From positions 192,001 through 256,000 of the forward strand of contig JBCBUK010000002.1 in the NCBI GenBank assembly GCA_039818205.1: 64,000 bases of DNA, in the 5' to 3' direction. Of this stretch, positions 21,797-31,947 are shown piece after piece; the first letter of the stretch is position 1, and each line of letters opens with the position of its first letter. The position numbers and the translations under genes were made by a program. The DNA is from Verrucomicrobiota bacterium (GTDB lineage Bacteria; Verrucomicrobiota; Verrucomicrobiia; Opitutales; Cerasicoccaceae). Below the pieces are notes generated by a model. The model saw only the letters and a list, made by a program, of their open reading frames with translations, was not told where the DNA came from and did no database searches.

Positions 21797-23059
21797 TTAG
21801 GCTGGGCGCTGGAAAATGATGGTCGCGTTGTGACCGCCGAATCCGAGATTGTTGCTCATTGTCACGTCTACCGATTGTCCGGTGCGAGCCTCATTGGGCA
21901 CGTAGTCCAGATCGCAGTCTGGGTCCGGAGTTTCGTAGTTGATCGTGGGCGGAACAATACCGGTTTCGATGACCTTCGCGCAGATGGCAGCTTCGATTCC
22001 GCCGGCGGCACCGAGTAGGTGGCCAGTCATCGATTTGGTGCTGCTCACTGGGATCTTGTATGCGTAGTCGCCAAATACCTTTTTAATCGCAAGTGTCTCG
22101 AACTTGTCGTTGTAGGGGGTCGAGGTGCCGTGGGCGTTGATATAGTCCACCGCAGTTGGCTCGAGATCCGCCATTTTTAGGGCACGTTTCAACGCAACCG
22201 ACAAGCCTTCGCCTTCAGGATCCGGGCTGGTGATGTGGAATGCATCACAGGTTGCGGCATAGCCCGACAGTTCGCAGTAAATTTTTGCTCCTCGGGCCTT
22301 CGCGTGCTCCTCACTTTCGAGAACCAAAACGCCAGAGCCGTCGCCCATGATGAATCCATCGCGAGCCGCGTCAAATGGACGGCTGGCCCGCTGGGGGTCG
22401 TCATTGAAATTCGTGCTCATGGCTTTCATATTGCAGAAGCCCGCGTAGCCCACCTGAGTAATCGCGGCCTCGGAACCACCAGCGATCATCACATCAGCGT
22501 CACCGCGCATGATCATGTGAGCGGCTTCGCCGAGAGCATGGGTTGCCGTGGAGCAGGCGCTCACAACAGCAAAATTGGGTCCCTTCGCCTTGATGTCGAT
22601 CGCGAGCACGCCGGAAGCGATGTTGGCAATCAGGGAAGGAATCATGAATGGGGAAACGCGACGTGGTCCCTTTTCTTTCAGGCGCCAAGCCTGTTCCTGG
22701 ACGGTTTCCAAGCCACCGATACCCGATCCAATCAGAACGCCGACCCGGTAAGGGTCTTCGGCAGCCATATCGAGTTTGGCATCAGCCATGGCCTGTTTGC
22801 CCGCGCCCATGGTGTAATGCACGTAGCGGTCATTGCGCTTTACGTCCTTACCCTCGTTGAAGTAGGGCATCGGGTCGTAGTCGATGACTTCGGCACCAAT
22901 TTTACAGGCATAGTCCGTCGTGTCGAAGGTCTCCAGCTTGCGAATGCCGCTGCGACCTGCGATGATGCCGTTCCAGAAATCTTCGGTTGAGTTGCCGAGG
23001 GCATGGACAACACCTATGCCCGTGACAACAACCTTCTTTTGTGAGCGTCCGTCACTCAT
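21797..23059 (-). CDS. fabF: Beta-ketoacyl-ACP synthase II
   Basis: SACST active Cys, YINAHGTST, KSMTGHLLGAAG and GFGGHNA. Confidence 0.96.
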   Translation of the reverse strand: MSDGRSQKKVVVTGIGVVHALGNSTEDFWNGIIAGRSGIRKLETFDTTDYACKIGAEVIDYDPMPYFNEGKDVKRNDRYVHYTMGAGKQAMADAKLDMAAEDPYRVGVLIGSGIGGLETVQEQAWRLKEKGPRRVSPFMIPSLIANIASGVLAIDIKAKGPNFAVVSACSTATHALGEAAHMIMRGDADVMIAGGSEAAITQVGYAGFCNMKAMSTNFNDDPQRASRPFDAARDGFIMGDGSGVLVLESEEHAKARGAKIYCELSGYAATCDAFHITSPDPEGEGLSVALKRALKMADLEPTAVDYINAHGTSTPYNDKFETLAIKKVFGDYAYKIPVSSTKSMTGHLLGAAGGIEAAICAKVIETGIVPPTINYETPDPDCDLDYVPNEARTGQSVDVTMSNNLGFGGHNATIIFQRPA

Positions 23060-23103
23060 GATTTGCGAATGGGAGGGCAGTGAGCCCCAGAATTGAAAGC
23101 AGC

Positions 23104-23361
23104 TTAGCTGCCGGACTTTTCCTTGATGTAGGAAATGACGTTGCCGACGGTTTGAAGCTTTTCGGCATCCGACTCAGGAATTTCACCCTGAATCTCATCC
23201 TTAAATTCTTCTTCGAAGGCCATAACGAGCTCGACGGTGTCGAGCGAGTCGGCGCCAAGGTCGTCCAAAAAGGACGCTTCTGGAGTCACCTGCTCTTCAT
23301 TTACGTTGAGCTGGTTGACGATGATTTCTTTTACGCGATCTTCGATGCTTTTGTCCGACAT
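23104..23361 (-). CDS. acpP: Acyl carrier protein
   Basis: [20 protein letters not shown]. Confidence 0.97.
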   Translation of the reverse strand: MSDKSIEDRVKEIIVNQLNVNEEQVTPEASFLDDLGADSLDTVELVMAFEEEFKDEIQGEIPESDAEKLQTVGNVISYIKEKSGS

Positions 23362-23397
23362 TTTACGGGAATTCTATGGATTAAAGGGTAGAGTTGT

Positions 23398-24144
23398 TTA
23401 CATCGCCATGCCGCCGTCAACCGAAAAAGTTTGTCCAGTGATATAACCGGCTTCTTCACTTGCAAGATAGGTGCACATGTTGGCGATTTCCGAAACGTGG
23501 CCAAACCGCTTGAGCGGGATAATTTTGGTGGCTTCGGCTTTGATAGTATCATTCAGCTCGTTGGTCATGTCGGTGTCGATAAATCCTGGAGCAACGGCGT
23601 TGACCGTGATGCTGCGGGAAGCAACCTCACGAGCGGTGGATTTGGTGAAACCGATCATACCGGCCTTGGCCGCGCCGTAGTTGGCTTGACCTGGGTTGCC
23701 GATAAGTCCGACGACTGAAGTGATGTTGATGATTCGCCCCCAGCGTTTACGGGTCATCGGGCGCAGGAGGCCCTTTGTCCAATAGAAGCAGGAGGATAAA
23801 TTGGTATTTATGACATCGAGCCAGTCCTCGTCAGTCATGCGCAATAGGAGCATGTCGCGAGTGATTCCGGCATTGTTGACGAGGATGTCGATGTTTTCAT
23901 GATCCTTTAGGATCTTTTCGCAAGCGGCAGCGACGGCGGCCGCATCGCCTACATCGACGGCGAGCGCTTCGGCTTGCCCGCCTTTTTCGCGGATCGCTTC
24001 GGCGGCAGATCCGCAGGAGTTTTCGCTTTTGCTAACGCAAATGACCCGGACGCCCTCGGCGGCCAGGCTCTCGGCGATCGCGCGGCCAATTCCGCGTCCC
24101 GCACCGGTGACTAGTGCTGTCTTGTTCTCGAAAGTCAGATTCAT
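23398..24144 (-). CDS. fabG: 3-oxoacyl-ACP reductase
   Basis: TGAGRGIG, NNAGITRD, GQANYGAAKAG and VDGGM. Lies next to acpP. Likely start is MNLTF. Confidence 0.95.
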   Translation of the reverse strand: MNLTFENKTALVTGAGRGIGRAIAESLAAEGVRVICVSKSENSCGSAAEAIREKGGQAEALAVDVGDAAAVAAACEKILKDHENIDILVNNAGITRDMLLLRMTDEDWLDVINTNLSSCFYWTKGLLRPMTRKRWGRIINITSVVGLIGNPGQANYGAAKAGMIGFTKSTAREVASRSITVNAVAPGFIDTDMTNELNDTIKAEATKIIPLKRFGHVSEIANMCTYLASEEAGYITGQTFSVDGGMAM

Positions 24145-24265
24145 GTAGGGGGCTAAGCCATGGGAATATGCTTCGATGCTGGCAAGCAAAAAGCAGCAGA
24201 TTCTAACCAAGTTTTATTAGTGTTGGCCTCTAGTCCCGGCTTTATCGGTCAAGATCGGTGAAGTG

Positions 24266-24703
24266 CTAGTGGTTGGTGAGAGTTTGGATTTGGTAAAACG
24301 CAAAAGTGACGGCGGTTTCGAAGATTGACGGTTCGCAGGTCATCTCGGCGGATTCATGGCCCAATTGTAGCGACAAGTGGTCGCTTTGAAACCTGGGCCA
24401 GAGCGGAGCGAAGGCTTCTCGCACTTTAGTACTATGGTCGCTCTGCGCTATTCTTGCGCCGCGTCCGATCCAGTTCAATTCTACCAAACCGACCAAGGAT
24501 TTCTGTGGGTCGAACACCTGGATCGCTCGACCCTTCTTGACGGTAGATAAAATTTCCTCGTCTTCCTCGCGGATCACGAATCTGCCGGCAATCAGGCTCG
24601 GTACGCACGTGCAATGAAGTCGTCTGCCATTGGATGCTTCAGCAAAGATTTTGATATTCACTAAGCCGGTTTTTGTAAACTTTGTCGTGAGCCGCTCCGA
24701 CAT
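24266..24703 (-). CDS. Hypothetical protein
   Basis: 145-codon ORF filling the gap between pyk and fabG, co-oriented with both. No family recognised. Confidence 0.55.
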   Translation of the reverse strand: MSERLTTKFTKTGLVNIKIFAEASNGRRLHCTCVPSLIAGRFVIREEDEEILSTVKKGRAIQVFDPQKSLVGLVELNWIGRGARIAQSDHSTKVREAFAPLWPRFQSDHLSLQLGHESAEMTCEPSIFETAVTFAFYQIQTLTNH

Positions 24704-24785
24704 CTATTGCCTTGTTGTCGTGGTTGGTCAGTTCCGCCGTTTCAACGGAGGGGCCTGCCGATCTCGAGCCATGATGCATAACGGA

Positions 24786-26219
24786 TCACTCAACCTGGCG
24801 CATCTGCACGGAGTCGACTGAGCGAGTACCCACAATGACATTGGTGATCACCACCATCCAATCGCCGGGAACGGCCCAGCGGTGGCGGCTGTTCTTCAAG
24901 CGCTCAAAGCTTTTTTGGATCGTTGTCTCAGTATCCTCATTAAAGTCCATCAAGAAGGGCTCGACCCCCCGCAGGATAAGCATCTGGCGGAAAAGGAGTT
25001 CTTGATCGGTGAAAAGAAAAATCGGGCTGTAGCTCGGGCGCAGCGCGCTGAGGACCTCGGGAAGGTAGCCCTTGCGAGAATAGACGACGATGCCGGCTTG
25101 CAGTTCTTCGGCGAGTTGGGCTGATGCCTTGAGCATGCGGGCTTTCGGCGTCTTTAACTGTACGTCGGAAACGAGCGGGTCGTGGCGGAGTTCGCGCTCG
25201 ATTTGACGAGAAATCCGGTCCATGACGTTCACGCACTCGACTGGATAATTGCCAGTAGTCGTTTCGCCCGAAAGCATGACGGCGTCGGCTTTTTCGAAGA
25301 CGGCGTTCGCGACATCGGAGACTTCCGCGCGGGTTGGCAGCGGGTTCTCAATCATCGACTCCAGCATGTGGGTCGCGATGATAACGGGCTTCTTCTGCTG
25401 GATACAGGTGCGAACCGCGCGACGTTGAATCACCGGAAGTTGCTCATAGGGGCACTCGACACCGAGGTCTCCGCGGGCGACCATTAGGCCATCGGAAGCG
25501 ACGATGATGCTGTCCAAATTGCTAATCGCCGATTGGTCCTCAATCTTAGCAATAATGCGGGCTTTGGAGCCTTTTTCGGCTAAGTGGCGGCGAAGGATAT
25601 CCAGGTCGTCTGCTTCCCGGACGAAGGAAAGAGCGAAAAAATCGACACCTTCCTCGACGCCCACGGCGATATCGCCAGAGTCCTTGTCCGTTAGGGCGGG
25701 GAGGCTGATACGGGTGCCGGGAAGATTGATGTGCCGGCGGTTGCCCATGGGTCCGGGGATCATGACTTCGCAGCGCACGCGGTCTTCCATGATTTCCAAG
25801 ATCTTCATGCGAACTAGGCCGCTGTCCACCAACAGATTCGAGCCAGCCTCAACGTCATGGATGAATTTTGGGTAATTGACGGTGACGCCGCGGATTCCTG
25901 GTTCCAGGTTGTCGTCGATGGTGCCCTTGACCAGGAAGTCGAAAGTCTCGCCTTTCTCAAGCATGATTGGCTCGGGCAAATCACCTGTTCGGATCTCTGG
26001 TCCTTTCACGTCCATCATGATCGCTATATGGCGGTTTATCCGATCGCAGACGGACCGAACCCGCCGAATGACATCGCGCGTCCACTCGTGGCTGGCATGG
26101 GCCATGTTCAGGCGACAAATATCCACGCCGGCGAGAATTAGCTCTTCGAGCTTCTCCTCATTCTGGGTGGCTGGGCCAATGGTAAAGACGATTTTGGTGT
26201 GACGATAACTTACGTTCAT
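24786..26219 (-). CDS. pyk: Pyruvate kinase
   Basis: [46 protein letters not shown] and MLSGET. Confidence 0.96.
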   Translation of the reverse strand: MNVSYRHTKIVFTIGPATQNEEKLEELILAGVDICRLNMAHASHEWTRDVIRRVRSVCDRINRHIAIMMDVKGPEIRTGDLPEPIMLEKGETFDFLVKGTIDDNLEPGIRGVTVNYPKFIHDVEAGSNLLVDSGLVRMKILEIMEDRVRCEVMIPGPMGNRRHINLPGTRISLPALTDKDSGDIAVGVEEGVDFFALSFVREADDLDILRRHLAEKGSKARIIAKIEDQSAISNLDSIIVASDGLMVARGDLGVECPYEQLPVIQRRAVRTCIQQKKPVIIATHMLESMIENPLPTRAEVSDVANAVFEKADAVMLSGETTTGNYPVECVNVMDRISRQIERELRHDPLVSDVQLKTPKARMLKASAQLAEELQAGIVVYSRKGYLPEVLSALRPSYSPIFLFTDQELLFRQMLILRGVEPFLMDFNEDTETTIQKSFERLKNSRHRWAVPGDWMVVITNVIVGTRSVDSVQMRQVE

Positions 26220-26472
26220 TGTTGCTGCTCAATCCGGGGTAAGCATTCGTTATGCCGGGTTAGTGCCAAGATAAATCTGAGTTCTAGAATGATTTATCCG
26301 ACTGGTAGGTGTTGAAATGTTTACCAAATTTCGGCTTCGTTTGATTTTTACTTCCTCGTAACTCGAACCTGGGACATTTGGTTTGGCAAAGCATGGTGGT
26401 GGTGGCACAGTTTGTGGTTAATATTTTACTGATCGTGCTGTCGGGCGCCCTAATCAGTGAGATCTTCTGCTA

Positions 26473-28617
26473 GTGATGACTCAAAATACGGCCAGTGAAG
26501 ATGCCAACTCACCCGTTAGTACGGATCTGGGTGCCCTGGTTGGTCACAATCATTGTGTCGCCGGAAGCACGAGCATCGCGAAGGTACAAAAAATCTTCCA
26601 GACTCATCGCTACAGTTTCATGGCGGTGGTCGATAATCACCGGGTTGTGGGAATGTGCTCGCGTGAGCGCATTGGCGGTATGCTTGGATCTCAGTTTGGA
26701 TTCTCAATATACGGAAAAAAACCGATCCGCGATTTTATGGTCCCCCATCCGGAGATCATCCGGATTAAGACTCCGGTTCATGAGGTCTTGGAGCGGGTGT
26801 TTGGTCGTAGTTCGGAACGTTTTTACGAGGATGCGGTTTTGGTGGATGATTCTCAGCACCTGTTAGGGCTCATCCCCGTGGATAATTTAGTCCGATTGCA
26901 AAACGGACTGCTGAGCGAGAAAATCCGTCTGTATAAGCACAGTGAGCGACAGTTGATCCAGCAGAAGCAGCAGCTGCAGCAATTGACCGAAGAGTTGGAG
27001 CGCGCAAATGCTGAACTGGAATCGGCTCGGGACCTGGCCCTTGAGGGTACCCGGCTAAAGTCGGAGTTTTTGGCCAATATGAGCCATGAAATACGCACGC
27101 CAATGAATGGAATCGTTGGTATGATTAGCTTGCTTCAAGAATCGAATCTCGACGATGAGCAGCGTGGATTTGCCGATACGGTTCAAGGAAGCGTCGATGC
27201 TTTGCTCGGCATTATAAACGACATATTGGACTATTCGAAAATCGAAGCCGGCAAGTTGGAGGTTGCCGAAGAGGACACTCCGGTTCGTGAGTTGGTCGAA
27301 GAGTGCGTCCAGCTGATGTCGAAAAACGCCTCAAACAAGAGCTTGGAATTTATCTTGGACATCGATCCCCATGTCCCTGATTGGATGCGTTTAGATCCCC
27401 TGCGCTACCGGCAGATTATTAATAATCTGATTGGGAACGCGATCAAGTTTACCTCCGATGGAGAAGTGGTTGTCGTGGTGGACCTCGCACATGATCCTGA
27501 GCGCGGCACATTTCTCCGAACCTTGATCCGCGACAGCGGCATCGGTATTTCGAGCGAGCAGCGGAAGCACCTGTTCAACGCATTCATGCAAGCGGACGGT
27601 TCCACCAGCCGGAAATACGGCGGGACCGGGCTTGGTCTCGCAATTTCGCGGCGCCTAGCGACTCTGATGAATGGCGAGCTGGAGTTTACAAGTGAGCTGG
27701 GTAAGGGCAGTGCGTTCTGGCTGGATCTTCCGTTTATTCGTTCACAGGGATCTGAGTTTGGGCCGGAGCGGAGTCGCGTTCACCGAGGTATGCGGTATTT
27801 GGTCGTCGATGATCATCCCCGCGTTGGAGAGGTCATTCGGCAGTGGATCGAAGCTGAGAACGGAACGGCCGAGGTCTTTTCGGACAATCTGACGGCTTTA
27901 AATCGAGTGAAGCAGGCTGCCGCCGATGGCGTATATTTTGATTTTGCTTTGATCGAGGCGGATCAGCCCGAGTTTCGCGGTTCGGCATTTTGCGAGGGTG
28001 TCTTTGCAGATCCGCTTTTGACGGACGTGCGCATAGTCCTCATGGGCGATGTTAATCAACATGCGAAAGCTTGCTGCGAGGGCGCTAATCGAATTTTCAA
28101 ACCAATATGCCCGGGTGCCTTGCGCCGGATGATTGAGAAGCTGCAACCGGAGTCGCCCGCTCAACAGTTGAGGGAGGAAGTGAGTCAGTTGGCTAAGGTT
28201 GCTGATGACGCGCAGGACCCGATTTCGCTGCGCGTCTTGGTTGTTGAAGACTCGGTGACGAATCAGGAGGTTGCTGCACGCATGCTTAAGCGACTTGGGC
28301 ATCATGCAAGTGTCGTTGAGAACGGATTGCAGGCACTGGAGTATTTACGTGCGGAGACCGTTGATTGTGTGCTGATGGATTGTCAGATGCCCGACATGGA
28401 TGGTTATGCATGCACGCGGGCAATTCGTGAAGGCTACCATGGTGTTCGTTGCCGAGATATTCCGATCATTGCGATGACGGCTCATGCAATGAAAGGCGAT
28501 CGCAAGAAATGCCTCGATGCCGGAATGAATGACTATTTACCCAAGCCCATTACTTTGAGTGATCTTGAGGAGGTTTTGGCACGAGCCGAAATCCCTCAGA
28601 TTCGGATTTCAGGTTAG
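26473..28617 (+). CDS. Cytoplasmic hybrid histidine kinase: CBS pair - coiled coil - HisKA - HATPase - pseudo-REC - REC
   Basis: [16 protein letters not shown]-box, NAIKFT, DSGIG and GGTGLGL. REC1 has LIE at the acceptor site; REC2 has LMDCQMP and KP. N-terminal CBS pair, no TM. Confidence 0.9.
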   Translation: MMTQNTASEDANSPVSTDLGALVGHNHCVAGSTSIAKVQKIFQTHRYSFMAVVDNHRVVGMCSRERIGGMLGSQFGFSIYGKKPIRDFMVPHPEIIRIKTPVHEVLERVFGRSSERFYEDAVLVDDSQHLLGLIPVDNLVRLQNGLLSEKIRLYKHSERQLIQQKQQLQQLTEELERANAELESARDLALEGTRLKSEFLANMSHEIRTPMNGIVGMISLLQESNLDDEQRGFADTVQGSVDALLGIINDILDYSKIEAGKLEVAEEDTPVRELVEECVQLMSKNASNKSLEFILDIDPHVPDWMRLDPLRYRQIINNLIGNAIKFTSDGEVVVVVDLAHDPERGTFLRTLIRDSGIGISSEQRKHLFNAFMQADGSTSRKYGGTGLGLAISRRLATLMNGELEFTSELGKGSAFWLDLPFIRSQGSEFGPERSRVHRGMRYLVVDDHPRVGEVIRQWIEAENGTAEVFSDNLTALNRVKQAAADGVYFDFALIEADQPEFRGSAFCEGVFADPLLTDVRIVLMGDVNQHAKACCEGANRIFKPICPGALRRMIEKLQPESPAQQLREEVSQLAKVADDAQDPISLRVLVVEDSVTNQEVAARMLKRLGHHASVVENGLQALEYLRAETVDCVLMDCQMPDMDGYACTRAIREGYHGVRCRDIPIIAMTAHAMKGDRKKCLDAGMNDYLPKPITLSDLEEVLARAEIPQIRISG

Positions 28618-28743
28618 CTCTAAGCTTTTCTTAGGCATGGTCGTGATTCCGAAGACTGCGATCCATGGCACCGCCGAGGTGTTCCGGCCTCGATCGTGGT
28701 TCTGATTGGCAAACGAATCGACCGCACAGAGCTTGCAATGCGG

Positions 28744-29355
28744 CTAGCGCTTAGTGCTGGAGGTTAGCAAAGATTCCTTTGCTTCAAGGCGAGTCTGCCA
28801 ACGGCGAAGTTGCTCTTCCTTGTTTGAAAGTTCGTTGTCCGTTTCGTAGTGACGCTGAGCAATTTCGGAAAGGCGATTCTCGCTTTCTTCGATGTATGAC
28901 TCGCGAACGGTCAACTCAGATTCACGGCGATCGAGTTCTTCTTCGCGTTGCTTGATGATTTTCCAAGCTTCGTCCATGTCGCGCGCTTCCATTACGCGAA
29001 TACGCTCTTGTTCTGCGACTTCCTGGGCGCGTTTACGCTCAGATTCGATGTGCGCCATCGCTGCGGCTTCAATGCCCTCTCGAGCCGCTTGTTCAAGGGC
29101 AAGGCATTTGACATAACCCACTGGCTCTAGGCCATCGATAACCAAATCCATGACGTCATCGAGCGAGGTATACTCGAGGCGAGGACCGACTGAAAGAATA
29201 GCTTTCTGGTCCATCCGCTTCTTCCCGAAGACCACCAGATAGTGAACGGACGTGTTTGCCCATAGCTCCCGAATGCCTTCATGGTGTTCGGGTTTCGATT
29301 CACTCAATAGTTCGTAGAGTGAGTATTCTCGGAAACTGTTTTTGCGTCCTAACAT
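28744..29355 (-). CDS. Hypothetical protein with a long C-terminal E/R-rich coiled coil
   Basis: Small globular N-terminus followed by about 110 aa of charged heptad-like sequence. Confidence 0.7.
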   Translation of the reverse strand: MLGRKNSFREYSLYELLSESKPEHHEGIRELWANTSVHYLVVFGKKRMDQKAILSVGPRLEYTSLDDVMDLVIDGLEPVGYVKCLALEQAAREGIEAAAMAHIESERKRAQEVAEQERIRVMEARDMDEAWKIIKQREEELDRRESELTVRESYIEESENRLSEIAQRHYETDNELSNKEEQLRRWQTRLEAKESLLTSSTKR

Positions 29356-29663
29356 GCGGTAAATTCTTTAGATTAGTTTTCTCCTAAACTAGCTTCAATT
29401 TTACCCTAAGATACAGGCCAGTCGACTGGAATAAAAGATCAGCAATGACATTTAACCTGTTCGACACATTGGTCATTTTTGTCCGGGCTACAGTTTCTCC
29501 ATTATGGTATAAACTAGGCAATATTACCCATTCCTATGGTCTGCTGATAATGCGATCTTTTTAATAATCTGAAACGTTCCAGTAACGAATGTCAAAGTTC
29601 GGTAAACGGCATTGTTTGGGTTGGACACTCTAGGTGGGTAAGGCATTCGGTAAATGTCTAATC

Positions 29664-29987
29664 ATGGGGAAATCATCTCTGGAGGAAGATACTAGTTTGC
29701 GTCGATTGAAATCGCGACCCGGGCTTCGCAGTATGGTGGAGATACGGCAGGGTGGCGTTGTCGCTGCCAAGCGAGGCGAGCCAAACGAAGATCTAGTTGA
29801 AGCGACTCCGAATTTCTTGCGCGTGGGCAAAATGCTCGGTCGCAGTCTTGGACTGCAAGACCTCAAAGAGGTTCGTGTCATTGGTGATGAAAGATCCGTT
29901 ACCTTCATCGAAAGCGATGACCGCCGAGTAGGCGCGATTTACCTAGACGATCCAGCGCAGTCGATTAAGGCCGAACATGGAACTTAA
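29664..29987 (+). CDS. Roadblock/LC7 (MglB-like) small protein
   Basis: About 107 aa with the pattern helix-PGL-strand-GG.V-helix(LG.SLGL..L.EV)-strands. Overlaps the next start codon. Confidence 0.6.
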   Translation: MGKSSLEEDTSLRRLKSRPGLRSMVEIRQGGVVAAKRGEPNEDLVEATPNFLRVGKMLGRSLGLQDLKEVRVIGDERSVTFIESDDRRVGAIYLDDPAQSIKAEHGT

Positions 29988-31899
29988 CGCCATCAGGGAC
30001 CTATTGGGTCGAACAAAGGGTGTTGAGGGTTTCGTGATCCTCGACAATCGAGGCGCTATTTTGAGTCAAGATTTGGGAAGTTATGCGAACGAGATTAAGC
30101 GCACTGAATTTGCAACTTGGATCCTCAACAGCTTTCACGCGCTAGACACTTACTACCCGCAGGCGTTTTTCCTTTTGCTGCGCTATGCGTCGGGTCAGGT
30201 CTACCTGACTCGCTCCGATTCCACACTGATAACGGTCATGTGCCGATATGGTGCTGACCTCCAATCTATTGAAACTGCTTTCAGCAAACACCGACAATCC
30301 ATGGCTAAATCGAACAGTTCCGGCATCGTCCGCGAGAAATCCCAGAAAGGCGAAACCGTCTTTCTTAAGATCAGTGAAACGGGCTCAGGCGCTACTTCTA
30401 GCCCAATTCCACAAAAGAAATCCGGGCCACCCGTTCCATTGATTATTGGTCTGGCCGTGGGCTTGTTAGTGATTGGCATAGGAGCCTTCTTTTTGACTCA
30501 GGGTCCTGGAGGCGAGACATCGCCGGAGGGAATTGAAACGCCGGTAACTCAGACTCCACCGACGACAGCCGCACCCGTGCCCTCGACTCCAGCGGGAGCG
30601 ACCGAGGCTGATGCGGCTACGGCTCGCGAACGGGCGGATTCGCTTGCGGTAATTGCCCGTCAGCACGACGGCTCAAATCGCGCTCCCAAGGATATGGCTC
30701 GGGCGGTGGCCAACTATCAAAGTGCTCAAGACGATTTTAGTGCGGGTCGTTATGAGGATGCGATCAAGCACTGGGATGATTCGGCGTCTTCGTATGGGCA
30801 AGCCTCGGTAAACTCGGCGGAGGTCGGGTTTCGCCAAGCCGTGCAGCAAGAAGGCTTGGAGGTTGCTTCCGACTACCCGATTCAGTTGTGGATTGAAGCC
30901 GAAGATTCAGTTGCTAAAGCCCAAGATATGGCGAATGCCGGAAACTATACCGAGGCAGTGGATCTGATCGTTGCCCAAGCTGATAAGCTTCCTCGATTGA
31001 AGGCCGGTATGCTGAAGCAGTTTCATCAGTTGGCGCTCGATGCCGACAAATCAAAGAACCTCGATGCCGCGCTCGATTTTTACCGAAAGGTCTTAGCCTT
31101 GGATCCAGATAATGCCACGGCGCGGAACTATTTTTATGCAAACCGTTATGAGCCCGGACAGGTAGTTTCCAACACGTTGGGTATGAGTTTTGCCTACATT
31201 CCGCCGGGCCGTTTTGAACGCGGTTCTCCTCCGAATGAAGCGTTCCGCGATGGCGATGAAACCCAATCAACGGTTACTTTGACCAAGGGCTTTTTCATGG
31301 CCACTACCGAAGTAACTCAGCACCAATGGGAACAAGTCATGGGCCAGAAGATGCGCATGGATGATCCGAATCCAGACTTTGTCGGTGGTCAGTTACCGGT
31401 CCACAGCATCACCTGGGAACAAGCGATTGAGTTTTGCCGTCGGCTTAGTGAGCAAGAAGGTAAAGTCTATCGTTTGCCGAGTGAAGCTGAGTGGGAGTAT
31501 GCGACGCGTGCCGGGACAACTGCTCCGTATAACAACGGGAAAATCCGCCTTACTAGTCGTGAAGCAAATATTTATGACCCTGCAGGCGAGGGTCTGGATT
31601 CCGTTGCCGCGGTTGCCTCCGTTGGAACACCAAATGCGTGGGGACTCTATGATATGCACGGTAACGTGTGGGAGTGGACCGCCGACTGGAGCGCTCCCTA
31701 CGCCGATGGACCGCAGGTGGATCCGGCCGGCCCAAATGAAGCTGAGGACCGAGTCGATTTGGCGATGAAGATTGTTCGCGGCGGATCGTTTCTCGATGAC
31801 TCGCATGTCGCTCGTAGCGCGAACCGCAGTGAAGCTTCCCCGGTCGTTGCCAATAGCTACACCGGCTTTCGCCCTGTCTTGGAAGTCGCCGACCTCTAA
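29977..31899 (+). CDS. Roadblock-like domain - TM - helical/TPR - FGE/SUMF1 domain protein
   Basis: N-terminal GVEGFVILDNRGAIL (roadblock-like). TM PLIIGLAVGLLVIGIGAFFL. TPR ALDFYRKVLALDPDN. FGE motifs TEVTQ, RLPSEAEWEYA, NAWGLYDMHGNVWEW, RGGS and GFR. Confidence 0.8.
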   Translation: MELNAIRDLLGRTKGVEGFVILDNRGAILSQDLGSYANEIKRTEFATWILNSFHALDTYYPQAFFLLLRYASGQVYLTRSDSTLITVMCRYGADLQSIETAFSKHRQSMAKSNSSGIVREKSQKGETVFLKISETGSGATSSPIPQKKSGPPVPLIIGLAVGLLVIGIGAFFLTQGPGGETSPEGIETPVTQTPPTTAAPVPSTPAGATEADAATARERADSLAVIARQHDGSNRAPKDMARAVANYQSAQDDFSAGRYEDAIKHWDDSASSYGQASVNSAEVGFRQAVQQEGLEVASDYPIQLWIEAEDSVAKAQDMANAGNYTEAVDLIVAQADKLPRLKAGMLKQFHQLALDADKSKNLDAALDFYRKVLALDPDNATARNYFYANRYEPGQVVSNTLGMSFAYIPPGRFERGSPPNEAFRDGDETQSTVTLTKGFFMATTEVTQHQWEQVMGQKMRMDDPNPDFVGGQLPVHSITWEQAIEFCRRLSEQEGKVYRLPSEAEWEYATRAGTTAPYNNGKIRLTSREANIYDPAGEGLDSVAAVASVGTPNAWGLYDMHGNVWEWTADWSAPYADGPQVDPAGPNEAEDRVDLAMKIVRGGSFLDDSHVARSANRSEASPVVANSYTGFRPVLEVADL

Positions 31900-31947
31900 T
31901 AGAATTTTCATTCCTCAATAGATTCCAAAGCAAAACCTACCATTGTT

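Noticed and set aside
26253..26268. Sigma54-like TGGCAC-N5-CGGCA on the - strand upstream of pyk
   Set aside because: The spacing is right but the -12 element is weak (CGGC versus TTGC), and nothing else supports it.
29589..29606. Pho-box-like direct repeat ATGTCAA-AGTT-CGGTAAA upstream of the roadblock unit
   Set aside because: The 11-bp periodicity fits, but there are too many mismatches to the PhoB consensus to call without a lineage-specific model.
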